Shown: in pieces, positions 9,613 through 18,171 of the stretch | Position numbering within the stretch: position 1 is the stretch's first letter | Layout: each line of letters begins with the position of its first letter | Assembly (NCBI GenBank): GCA_963665615.2 | Contig: CAXXQE010000006.1 | Coordinates: 124,001 to 188,000 of the forward strand | Origin: Syntrophales bacterium | Lineage (GTDB): Bacteria; Desulfobacterota; Syntrophia; Syntrophales; UBA4778 | Reading direction: 5' to 3' | Length of the DNA stretch: 64,000 nucleotides | Program-made: the position numbers and the translations under genes | Notes under the pieces: model-generated | What the model was told of the DNA's origin: nothing | The model's input: only the letters and a program-made list of their open reading frames with translations | Database searches by the model: none

Positions 9613-10728
9613 TTATTTTTTCAAAAACTCGGATGCCGCCTGGCCGACATTTCTATCGCCTAAAAGTGGCATCTTGTCGGCTACTCGCGCCATCTCAATG
9701 CTTTTCTCCGGACAGACAGTTGCACAATTGCCACAGCCAATGCACATATTTCGATTGATGCAAGCCACATTATCTTTCATGGTAATGGCGCAAACCGGAC
9801 ACCTGTCCACGCAAATACCGCACCCATTGCAAGTATCATTAATAACAGGTCCAAAGTTAGACGTGTTGACCATGATTCCCGGGCCAAAAGACCGGATATC
9901 TCGCATCAATCCGCAACAACATTTGCAGCAATTACAAACGAACTGCAGTCCGTCGACGAAATTATTCGCATTTTGGACCAAGCCGGCTTTATTGCAAGTC
10001 TCAATGACCTTCTTGCATTCTTCCCTGGTTAGTCGAATGGCATCACCGAATTTATGTTCCAGGATAAATTCCGCCACCTTTCCAAAGGTCAAACAGGAAT
10101 GCTCCGGGATACCAGGTGTCAAACAGGGTCTGCCATTATGGTTCGGCCCTAATTTATCGCGGCAAATGCATTTCATCGCCGCAATCGAGGTTTCTTTGTC
10201 AATCATGCCCAATACGTCTTCGTATGAATGGACCTCTTTATTCTCAGGGAGTGATTCATCCAGGGTTACAACGCGAAAATGGGGCACAGGCGTCGGCAGC
10301 ACCATACCAGGATTATCGGCGAGAAGCTTCTTCTTGTATGCAACAGATTCTTCTTTTAATCTAACAAACAAGGATGTAGCTTTTTTGGTTCGCACCGGAT
10401 CATCTGATACGTTGTACATATGATACTCAATGGCTCCCGGGAAAAACGGCATTAACTCATATTTTTTCCCCTCCTCAGAATCATATGTAAACATCGTTCC
10501 CTTTTGTGACATCTTTTCAAGCAATTGACGCAGAGGAGTTTCCTCTTTTTTGTAGATCAACGCCAATTCAGACAATGTACAAGCGACTTCAGGAAAATTG
10601 ATTGCGAATAATGCTTCCTCTTCAGTATACATCTCAGAGAGTATCTCTAAATAAGAATCGACTAATGCAATTTTACCGGCGAAGTGATTCAGTCTCTCGC
10701 CAAGCTTTAAATAGATTTCATGACTCAT
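9613..10728 (-). CDS. Cys-rich 4Fe-4S binding protein with N-terminal helical domain
   Basis: CICR, CLTFG, CNCCKCCC and two C-terminal ferredoxin motifs. Confidence 0.8.
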   Translation of the reverse strand: MSHEIYLKLGERLNHFAGKIALVDSYLEILSEMYTEEEALFAINFPEVACTLSELALIYKKEETPLRQLLEKMSQKGTMFTYDSEEGKKYELMPFFPGAIEYHMYNVSDDPVRTKKATSLFVRLKEESVAYKKKLLADNPGMVLPTPVPHFRVVTLDESLPENKEVHSYEDVLGMIDKETSIAAMKCICRDKLGPNHNGRPCLTPGIPEHSCLTFGKVAEFILEHKFGDAIRLTREECKKVIETCNKAGLVQNANNFVDGLQFVCNCCKCCCGLMRDIRSFGPGIMVNTSNFGPVINDTCNGCGICVDRCPVCAITMKDNVACINRNMCIGCGNCATVCPEKSIEMARVADKMPLLGDRNVGQAASEFLKK

Positions 10729-10810
10729 AATGACACTCCTTTTTATTAGCCGGCACGAAGCTAAGATTTTAACCGATAATAAAATATTTTACAGTTCTTA
10801 TAAAAAGCGG

Positions 10811-10844
10811 TCAATCACCTCAAGAGGTGATTACACGGGGTTAT
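10811..10844. promoter_or_regulatory. candidate MalT/LAL operator, copy 1
   Basis: Perfect inverted repeat AATCACCTC-AA-GAGGTGATT plus a third half-site GGGGTTAT. Confidence 0.6.
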
Positions 10845-11051
10845 ATTTTATGTGCAAACACGGTTGTGCTTGTATCCTTAAGCAGTAACTTTCCTGAAAT
10901 GATACAAGAGATCATTGGCCGAGTATGCATCGAATATCATAGCCAGCTTATACACATTGAATCGCGGATGCGCGCTTACCCTGAACTGGCTCAGACTATT
11001 TTGTTTTCCAAGTCTGAGCCAGTTAAAAGGCAATGCGGGCTTAGTCAGCGA

Positions 11052-13451
11052 CTAATTAGTTTTCCTTACCATCCATTTTGTTTGCATGATGAAATAGGAA
11101 AGTGCAGGTATAAGGATGAGTGCCCCGACCATGTTCCATATAAACATGAAGGCTAGCAGAATTCCCATATCAGCCTGAAACTTAATAGGCGAAAACGCCC
11201 AGGTTACGACGCCGGCAGATAACGTGATGCCGACCAAGGCTACGACTTTCCCGGTAAACCGCAAGGCTCTCAAATAAGCCTCTTGAAGAGGTACGCCGTC
11301 TCTTTGATGTTTGACGACCACGCTCACAAGATACAGGGCATAGTCAACACCAATGCCGACGCCGAGCGCTATAACCGGCAGAGTCGCGACTTTTATACCA
11401 ATGCCCAGAATAACCATGAGTGCTTCACAAAGGATCGAGGTGATGCCGAGCGGTATCAACGCTACCAGGACAGCTCTCCAGTTGCGGAAAGTAATGAAGC
11501 ACAGTGCGGTAATCGCAAGATAAACATAGATCATCATCGTACGATTTGCTTTCCTGACAACGATATTGGTCGCCGCTTCTATCCCGGCGCTCCCCGCTGC
11601 GAGAAGGAATTTGCGCTCTGCCGTGTCGTGCTCTCTGGAAAAATCTTCGACTGTTTTCACAACGCTGTCCAACGTTTCCGCCTTGTGGTCCGTCAGGTAA
11701 GCGCTGATCGGCATGACCGACACCTGATAATTACAGAGTTCAGGAGAGTTTTGTGTGGTCATTGTCGCACCGAAGTTCAACGCTCTCTTGTTTCGGGAAA
11801 TGGTGTACCACTTGGGGTTGCCTTCACTTGTGCCCATTGTAATTTGCATGATATAATCCGTAGCTGCAATCGTTGTCTGGACAGAAGGCAACTGCCGAAG
11901 ATCCCACGCGAGCCGGTCCATTTCTGTGAGTGACTCGTAAGACATGGCTTTTCCCGCAGGACTTTGGACAAACACGGCAAAGACATCGCTCGAAAGCCCA
12001 TAATGCGATGTGATATAGGCATTATCGAGATTATAGCGTGAATTTGGCCGTAATTCGGGGGCGCCCGGATCCAGGTCGCCGATCTTCACATGAAGGCTAA
12101 CCAGGAAGCCAACAATCGCCAGCAGAGCTGCACACGCCACCACGATTGTTGCAGTGCGCCGCTCTGTGATTTTGGAAAGCCTCTCAGAGAGCTTCGCCAC
12201 CAAGCTTGTCGAATCGTTTTCATCCTGGAGCGAACGATCCGCCGCTTTCTTGCTCACGCCAACAAACGACAACATAACCGGCAGCAACAACAGATTTGTG
12301 AAAATCAAGATCGCCACACCGATGCTCGCCGTCATCGCCAGGTCCTTGATGACCGGGATGTCGATGATCATCAGAACGGCAAATCCGGTCGTCCCCGCCA
12401 GAAGTGCGGTCAGTCCGGGAACAAAGAGACGCCGGAAAGTATAGCGCGCCGCTACCAGCTGATGCGTGCCGCGCCCTACATCTTGCATGATGCCGTTCAT
12501 CTTCTGTGAGCCATGAGAAACGCCGATCGCAAAAACGAGGAATGGAACCAGAATCGAGTAAGGATCCAGATCGTAGCCCAGAAGGACGAGTACGCCCAGC
12601 AGCCAGGTGACTGCGATCATCGAACAGAGCATCAGGGTTATGGTGCTGCGTATGCAGCGCGTGTATAGGAAGACGATAATGGCAGCAATCAGGATGGCCA
12701 GACCAAAAAACACCATGACCTTCATAAGACCGTCTATCAAATCACCAACCAGTTTCGCGAACCCGATGATGTGCACCCGGTATTGCTCTGTCTGAAAGGC
12801 TCGCATCTTTTCCAGGGTCTTGGAAAATTCATTATAGTCAAGAGGCTTGCCTGTCTCATCGAAATCAAGCAAGGGGACGACAATCATGGCTGATTTGTTG
12901 TCCAATCCGATAAGGCTTCCAAAGATGCCGGCATTATCGATATTAAGCCTCAGTTGTGCCAAGCTTCTGGGAGAAGCGTCGTAATCGTTGGGCATCACCG
13001 GACCGCCGAGATATCCCTCTTCGGTAATCGCAAGCCATCGAACGCCGGGCGTCCATATGGATTTCATCCAGGATCGATCAACGCCAGACGTGAGAAGAAG
13101 TTCATCATTAACCTTTCTCAGGACCTCCAAAAACTTGGGGTCCATGATGTCGCCTGTCTTATTTTCCACAACCACACGTACAACATTTCCAAGTCCCGGT
13201 AACTCTTTTTTGAGATTCAGGTAATTCTTGATGTAAGGACTCCCATGGGGAATCATCTTTTCGAAGCTCGCAGCTAACTTGATCTGGGAGGCTTTATAGC
13301 CAAGCAGTATGGTTACCAGCGCACAGATGATTATAAATATAATTCGGTGGTTGAAGACCAACCGTTCCAACCAGATCCCGGATTTCTTGTCGAAATCTTT
13401 GATATCGGGTACAACCGGCATATCTTCTATTTGTTCTCTACCAGTATGCAT
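11052..13451 (-). CDS. MMPL/RND family transporter
   Basis: Two repeats of TM + periplasmic domain + TM bundle; GVGIGVDYALY motif; start reassigned to MHTG (GGAG RBS). Confidence 0.9.
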   Translation of the reverse strand: MHTGREQIEDMPVVPDIKDFDKKSGIWLERLVFNHRIIFIIICALVTILLGYKASQIKLAASFEKMIPHGSPYIKNYLNLKKELPGLGNVVRVVVENKTGDIMDPKFLEVLRKVNDELLLTSGVDRSWMKSIWTPGVRWLAITEEGYLGGPVMPNDYDASPRSLAQLRLNIDNAGIFGSLIGLDNKSAMIVVPLLDFDETGKPLDYNEFSKTLEKMRAFQTEQYRVHIIGFAKLVGDLIDGLMKVMVFFGLAILIAAIIVFLYTRCIRSTITLMLCSMIAVTWLLGVLVLLGYDLDPYSILVPFLVFAIGVSHGSQKMNGIMQDVGRGTHQLVAARYTFRRLFVPGLTALLAGTTGFAVLMIIDIPVIKDLAMTASIGVAILIFTNLLLLPVMLSFVGVSKKAADRSLQDENDSTSLVAKLSERLSKITERRTATIVVACAALLAIVGFLVSLHVKIGDLDPGAPELRPNSRYNLDNAYITSHYGLSSDVFAVFVQSPAGKAMSYESLTEMDRLAWDLRQLPSVQTTIAATDYIMQITMGTSEGNPKWYTISRNKRALNFGATMTTQNSPELCNYQVSVMPISAYLTDHKAETLDSVVKTVEDFSREHDTAERKFLLAAGSAGIEAATNIVVRKANRTMMIYVYLAITALCFITFRNWRAVLVALIPLGITSILCEALMVILGIGIKVATLPVIALGVGIGVDYALYLVSVVVKHQRDGVPLQEAYLRALRFTGKVVALVGITLSAGVVTWAFSPIKFQADMGILLAFMFIWNMVGALILIPALSYFIMQTKWMVRKTN

Positions 13452-13574
13452 TATTTTTCTCCAAAAGATGATCACTTCACTCGGTGTTGACCACCTCGAA
13501 TCTTCTAGGTCAATGAACACCGACGGTCTTTTATGGACATCGTTAATATAAAATTTTCCAACAGTACTTATTTA

Positions 13575-14705
13575 CTAAATAGGCTGTACTTGAATGCCAA
13601 ACCAACCGGCAATAACGAGCGTTTTTGCGTCAACGGCAACGGCCGCATGCGCAGGGACCCCTGCACCAGACTCTCGTTTTATTGCAGTGAAGTGTTCTTT
13701 TCCGTCTTTCGTTATAAGGACATTGCCGCCCTGCGTCACCAATACAATAGCGCCATTCGTAAGCAATATACCGCCAAGAATGCCCTCTTTCTTTTCGAAG
13801 TTATTCTGTTTCCAGGTTTTTCCTCCATCCTGACTACAGAGGATATTGCCCCGCATTCCGAATGCGACAAGCAACCCGGGCTTCCCCAAAATCCCAAAGT
13901 ACGTGCCGGTATAGGGAGTTGTCAGCGCCTTAAAACAACCCGCCTTACGATCCAGCCTCATCAAAAGCCCCTGCTCTCCGCTGATATAAACATCCGCGCC
14001 AATCGGTCTGATGCAGTAAAGATGCATACCCATTGGGTTATCTGTACGGTCGAACCATGGGGTCCAACTCTTGCCGCCGTCATCGGTGCGCATGATCAGA
14101 TTGAATGCTCCGACAATGAAACCGGTGTTCTCATTCTCAAACCAGACATCAAGAAGCGGATTAATAGGGCCGTCGCCTATAATGCCCTTTATATCCGTAT
14201 TCATTTTTTCTGTGCTCTCAGCGTCACGCTTGCCGAACAGGGGATGCTCACGATAGTACTGTCCCATTATTCGACAAATGTCACGGCCATCGAGCTGTTT
14301 CGTCCAGGTTGCCCCGCCATCGATACTGTTCAGCACCACGCCATCATGCCCGACGACCCATCCCCTTTTCGGAGTAGGAAAGCAAACGGCTGTCAGTTCG
14401 ACGCTTACCGGAACCTTGCTCTGTGTCCAAGTTTTACCCTTATCATCTGAATAGATAATGTGACCGCGTATGCCAACGGCGACTACGCGATCACCTGCGA
14501 GAGCGATACCATTTAAAATACTCTTCGGTGCGAGTTGGCTAATCTTTGCCGGCAATGCAAGTTTATCGCGAAACTCGTTAGCAGGCTTAGCTTCATTATG
14601 TTTGGTCTGCGCGTTGAGATGGCCCTGTAGACCGAATGTTAACAACCCCAGGGAGATCCACATGCAAACTGCTTTCTTCAACTGTATTGATAAGCGGAGC
14701 CTCAT
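13575..14705 (-). CDS. YCF48/BNR-repeat beta-propeller periplasmic protein
   Basis: Signal peptide; repeated SxDxGxTW Asp-boxes; GWVVGHDG. Confidence 0.85.
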   Translation of the reverse strand: MRLRLSIQLKKAVCMWISLGLLTFGLQGHLNAQTKHNEAKPANEFRDKLALPAKISQLAPKSILNGIALAGDRVVAVGIRGHIIYSDDKGKTWTQSKVPVSVELTAVCFPTPKRGWVVGHDGVVLNSIDGGATWTKQLDGRDICRIMGQYYREHPLFGKRDAESTEKMNTDIKGIIGDGPINPLLDVWFENENTGFIVGAFNLIMRTDDGGKSWTPWFDRTDNPMGMHLYCIRPIGADVYISGEQGLLMRLDRKAGCFKALTTPYTGTYFGILGKPGLLVAFGMRGNILCSQDGGKTWKQNNFEKKEGILGGILLTNGAIVLVTQGGNVLITKDGKEHFTAIKRESGAGVPAHAAVAVDAKTLVIAGWFGIQVQPI

Positions 14706-14725
14706 TTCTTCTCCTAAATTGTTGG

Positions 14726-14749
14726 GGGAGAGGGCAAATGCCCTCTCCC
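14726..14749 (-). other. intercistronic GC-rich stem-loop
   Basis: GGGAGAGGGCA-AA-TGCCCTCTCCC between the DUF1329 and YCF48 genes. Confidence 0.55.
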
Positions 14750-14801
14750 AGTGTTATAATTCACTAGTAAGACATCGTTCCGGCAATCAACCTATCAGGC
14801 T

Positions 14802-16196
14802 CTACCGGATACCCCGGCCCATTAGAGCAGCCGGCGCCCACTGTTTTTCAGGTCTGGACGGAACATACTTAACACCGCCGTGCTCGGCGACATGCGCCGC
14901 CAGATAATAGATTCCGGATATCAGATCAATACCTGTGTCACAAAATGTCGCAGGGGCCTGAATATCATAGTTAAAAGGACCAATCAGGTACTTGATGCGC
15001 CACATCCTGCCTTTGGCATCAAACTGGTCGGCCATATGGCAAACCCAGGAATCCTCGTCCAGATAAAGGATTCGCCTTTGATAGATGTGCCGCAGGCCCG
15101 GTTTCAGCTTACCTTCAATGACCCAGCAACGATGCACTTCATTGCGCAAATATTCTGCATTAAAGAAATGCGGACCCAACAGGTCGGTCGATTTGGTCCA
15201 GTAAAATGCCTTGTAGGTATTGTAAGGGATAATCAATTCTTTCTTGCCAAGAATTTTCCAGTCATATTTTTCAGGCGAACCAGTGTACATGTAGCACTCA
15301 TCATAGACACCGGCACCGGCATATGTTGTGCAGGGACCGTCGAAACTGACTTCCGGGGCAAGCTTAACCCGCCGCTGGCCGGGAAGATACTGCCAGACCG
15401 GCTGCCCGCCGCCCCATGTCTTATCAGTGGGCGCCATCCCGATCAACCCCTCACCGACGCGGTTAGCTGGTCCGACGACATTATCAAAAACCACGTAAAT
15501 CATATCGAATCTGTTGCTCTTGGGATCCCAGTAGGGGAATTCGAAAAAATCGCTCTCAGATTGGCTTACATTGATTTTCTGGCCATTAGCGTTGACTAGC
15601 CAGGTCGCAGGACTAATTTGCTCCACTGATCCTGACCAGCGTACGATATGGTTCCAGACAGCCTCAAGGCCATTTTTGGGAATTGGGAAAGGGAAAGCAG
15701 ATCTGACATCGGCAACCCACTTCCCATCTTTTTTGAGATTTGCCGTTGTTGCATACTTCTTCTGCATTTCCTGCATGTAGGGGGAGTAGCTCATTGATCG
15801 GCGCGTTGGATAGACATTGAGCTTCACGTCAGGATACCTGGTCAAAAGGGCTTTCAAGCCGTCTGTCAACTTGTCAGCATATTGGGCCATGTTCTGAGAC
15901 GTAACGGTATAGAGGATCTTGTCATCTGCAAACGGATCGGGACGGAGTCCGCTTTTCGGATCAAATTTAGAAAAGGGAACCTTCAGCTTACCCTCGTAAT
16001 ACCAGCCGTCCGCTCCTTTGGTGAGACCGCCCGTATAAGGTGGAATGATGCCATTTTTGCTTCCCGCCTTCTCGGCGCCAACAATTGTGAGGACAGAGCC
16101 GTCGAGTTGCGCCGCCTCCTCCTGCGTGAGGCCCGCTGATGCAAAATTTGCGAATGCCAGCACCATGATACATGCAAATAGTAATTTTCTTGTCAT
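14802..16196 (-). CDS. DUF1329 family periplasmic protein
   Basis: Signal peptide; GAEKAG, IPPYTGG, PFPIPKNGLE, WQYLPGQRRVKLAP, HIYQRRILYLDEDSW. Confidence 0.9.
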   Translation of the reverse strand: MTRKLLFACIMVLAFANFASAGLTQEEAAQLDGSVLTIVGAEKAGSKNGIIPPYTGGLTKGADGWYYEGKLKVPFSKFDPKSGLRPDPFADDKILYTVTSQNMAQYADKLTDGLKALLTRYPDVKLNVYPTRRSMSYSPYMQEMQKKYATTANLKKDGKWVADVRSAFPFPIPKNGLEAVWNHIVRWSGSVEQISPATWLVNANGQKINVSQSESDFFEFPYWDPKSNRFDMIYVVFDNVVGPANRVGEGLIGMAPTDKTWGGGQPVWQYLPGQRRVKLAPEVSFDGPCTTYAGAGVYDECYMYTGSPEKYDWKILGKKELIIPYNTYKAFYWTKSTDLLGPHFFNAEYLRNEVHRCWVIEGKLKPGLRHIYQRRILYLDEDSWVCHMADQFDAKGRMWRIKYLIGPFNYDIQAPATFCDTGIDLISGIYYLAAHVAEHGGVKYVPSRPEKQWAPAALMGRGIR

Positions 16197-16225
16197 ATTT
16201 ACTCTCCTTATCTATCTCTAATCGC

Positions 16226-17899
16226 CTAGAAAGATACTTTGAACGTCATGGAAATGAAATCTCGATCCCTGTAGAGCGCGTAATTCCCTCTTGCGGAGGC
16301 ACCATCACCGAGTTTCCCGAAGAAGTTCGAATAGGTGAAGTTGAGGTTGTACTTCGTCAGATACTGGAAGTTTAACCCAACAGCAAAGTTCCCATCGCCC
16401 TCGCCATTGTTGGCAGCACAAGGACCGACGCCAAACAATCCATAATTTAAGGATACTGGCACCGACAAATCCAAACCCGGATATATTTGCAAATACTGCG
16501 GAGTGACTACTATGATGATATCCCCTGAGTCCCTCGTCACACGATTAAAGCCTGCATAACCATCTGCACCCGCAAATAAATGCTGAGGATCGTCCCCCAC
16601 GCTCATCCATCGAGCATAATCAAATTCAACCATCCAGCTGCCGGCATCCCACAAGGACGATTTTTTCAGCAGACCCAGGAAGTTAACCAATCCAAACATG
16701 ACATCGCCCGTAGGTCCAAGAATATCGCCGTCATCCGGAAGCTGAGCGCTGCTCATAATCATTGCTGTCCCACCGTTCAGGGTCATGTTGCGGCGGTAAG
16801 ATACTTCCGCACCGATACTCGTTCCGGCGTATGTGGTCGCATAGCTAAAACCAAACAAATCGATATTGGACTTATATGCGGCATGGTACGTCATGTCACC
16901 CAAATTGAGGATGACAGTCGGCATCTTGTCGGAAAATCTTCGGTAGTACAATCCAAAGGTGGTATCAGCCAGGGACATGGGTGTCCATTGGGCAGCTATT
17001 CCAAAGTCCCGGCCCCTTGCGGCTTCGATATCGCGGCCATGCGTCATGTATGTGCCGGGCCCTCCACCGGGCGCAAAAAGCAATGTGCCGGAACCGTCGA
17101 GGCAGATGTCGGAAGAGCCAAAATAGGTCTGCGCCTCAGGCAGCTTGTTTCTCTCCCATTGTAAAAAATATTGAGCCGCTAGCTGGAATTCATTCGTGAG
17201 CTGGGCTACAACGCTAAAATTGTTAAGTGGGCGAAAAACCTCTTTGGCCTCGACACCGGGCATGGCTTGCGCCTTGCCCAGATCAAGCGGCATCTGCCCG
17301 TAGCTGATCCCATGGAACGGGTCCAACAGCGATTGTCCCCATGAGTAAATGTGCCGCCCTAACTTGAGGTAGACCGGTACATCGCCAATCGATACTTGGC
17401 CAAAAATGAAGGCATCGAGCAGCTCTCCGTAAGGGCCGGAATAATAACGGTCGGCAAACTTATACAGGCCGTTGACGGATTGGACGCCATCAACAAAAAG
17501 GTTCGAGGTGGCAACCGAATTGTTGTCGAACCTATTATGGTATTGCTGATCGCGCCAGAAAGCTCCGCTGAACCTGATGCCGTACTGCTTTTCTTTATTG
17601 ACCAAATCCAGTTCGGTCAAAATATCAAGCCGGTTTGAAACAATGCCCTTGTCAAAGTTGCGATCTCCATCATCGCCATTGATATTGGCTAAAATGGCGT
17701 CGTTCTGACTGGCTATACGATATTGCAAAAAGTACCTGAAGGTATTATCAAACTTCAGCTGCCAGACTTCATCGTTGCCTGTTGGAATATTAAATGCATT
17801 GGCACTGCCGCAGCTTATCAGCAAGGCCAATAGCACTAACACAGATCTTACTCGCCAATTGCAGTCTCTTTTTTTAAACACGCTTGCAAATTCTCGCAT
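16226..17899 (-). CDS. DUF1302 family outer-membrane beta-barrel, paralog 1
   Basis: Signal peptide; DDGDRNF, PGVEAKEVFRP, EVSYR; C-terminal DRDFISMTFKVSF ending in Phe. Confidence 0.9.
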   Translation of the reverse strand: MREFASVFKKRDCNWRVRSVLVLLALLISCGSANAFNIPTGNDEVWQLKFDNTFRYFLQYRIASQNDAILANINGDDGDRNFDKGIVSNRLDILTELDLVNKEKQYGIRFSGAFWRDQQYHNRFDNNSVATSNLFVDGVQSVNGLYKFADRYYSGPYGELLDAFIFGQVSIGDVPVYLKLGRHIYSWGQSLLDPFHGISYGQMPLDLGKAQAMPGVEAKEVFRPLNNFSVVAQLTNEFQLAAQYFLQWERNKLPEAQTYFGSSDICLDGSGTLLFAPGGGPGTYMTHGRDIEAARGRDFGIAAQWTPMSLADTTFGLYYRRFSDKMPTVILNLGDMTYHAAYKSNIDLFGFSYATTYAGTSIGAEVSYRRNMTLNGGTAMIMSSAQLPDDGDILGPTGDVMFGLVNFLGLLKKSSLWDAGSWMVEFDYARWMSVGDDPQHLFAGADGYAGFNRVTRDSGDIIIVVTPQYLQIYPGLDLSVPVSLNYGLFGVGPCAANNGEGDGNFAVGLNFQYLTKYNLNFTYSNFFGKLGDGASARGNYALYRDRDFISMTFKVSF

Positions 17900-18093
17900 C
17901 TCATATCCTCCTGTAAGCTTCCCTGTCAGGTTGACAATATTAAACAGAGTCTGTGGTCTATGCTTCGAAACCTAGCCCTACATTTCATTTTCCCCCTTTC
18001 CTCCTTTTGTATTAATTTTAATACATTGTTCAAGGCTATCAAAATCTATAGGTATATTTTAATCGTACCTATATGACAGACAATCTATCTAGA

Positions 18094-18127
18094 TCAATAA
18101 CCCATAGAGGTGATTTTCAGGGGTGAT
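18094..18127. promoter_or_regulatory. candidate MalT/LAL operator, copy 2
   Basis: TCAATAACCCATAGAGGTGATTTTCAGGGGTGAT is 25/34 identical to 10811..10844 without gaps. Confidence 0.6.
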
Positions 18128-18171
18128 TTGCACCCGCACTCCGTTTTTTGAGAATTGCAAATTATTAGCAC

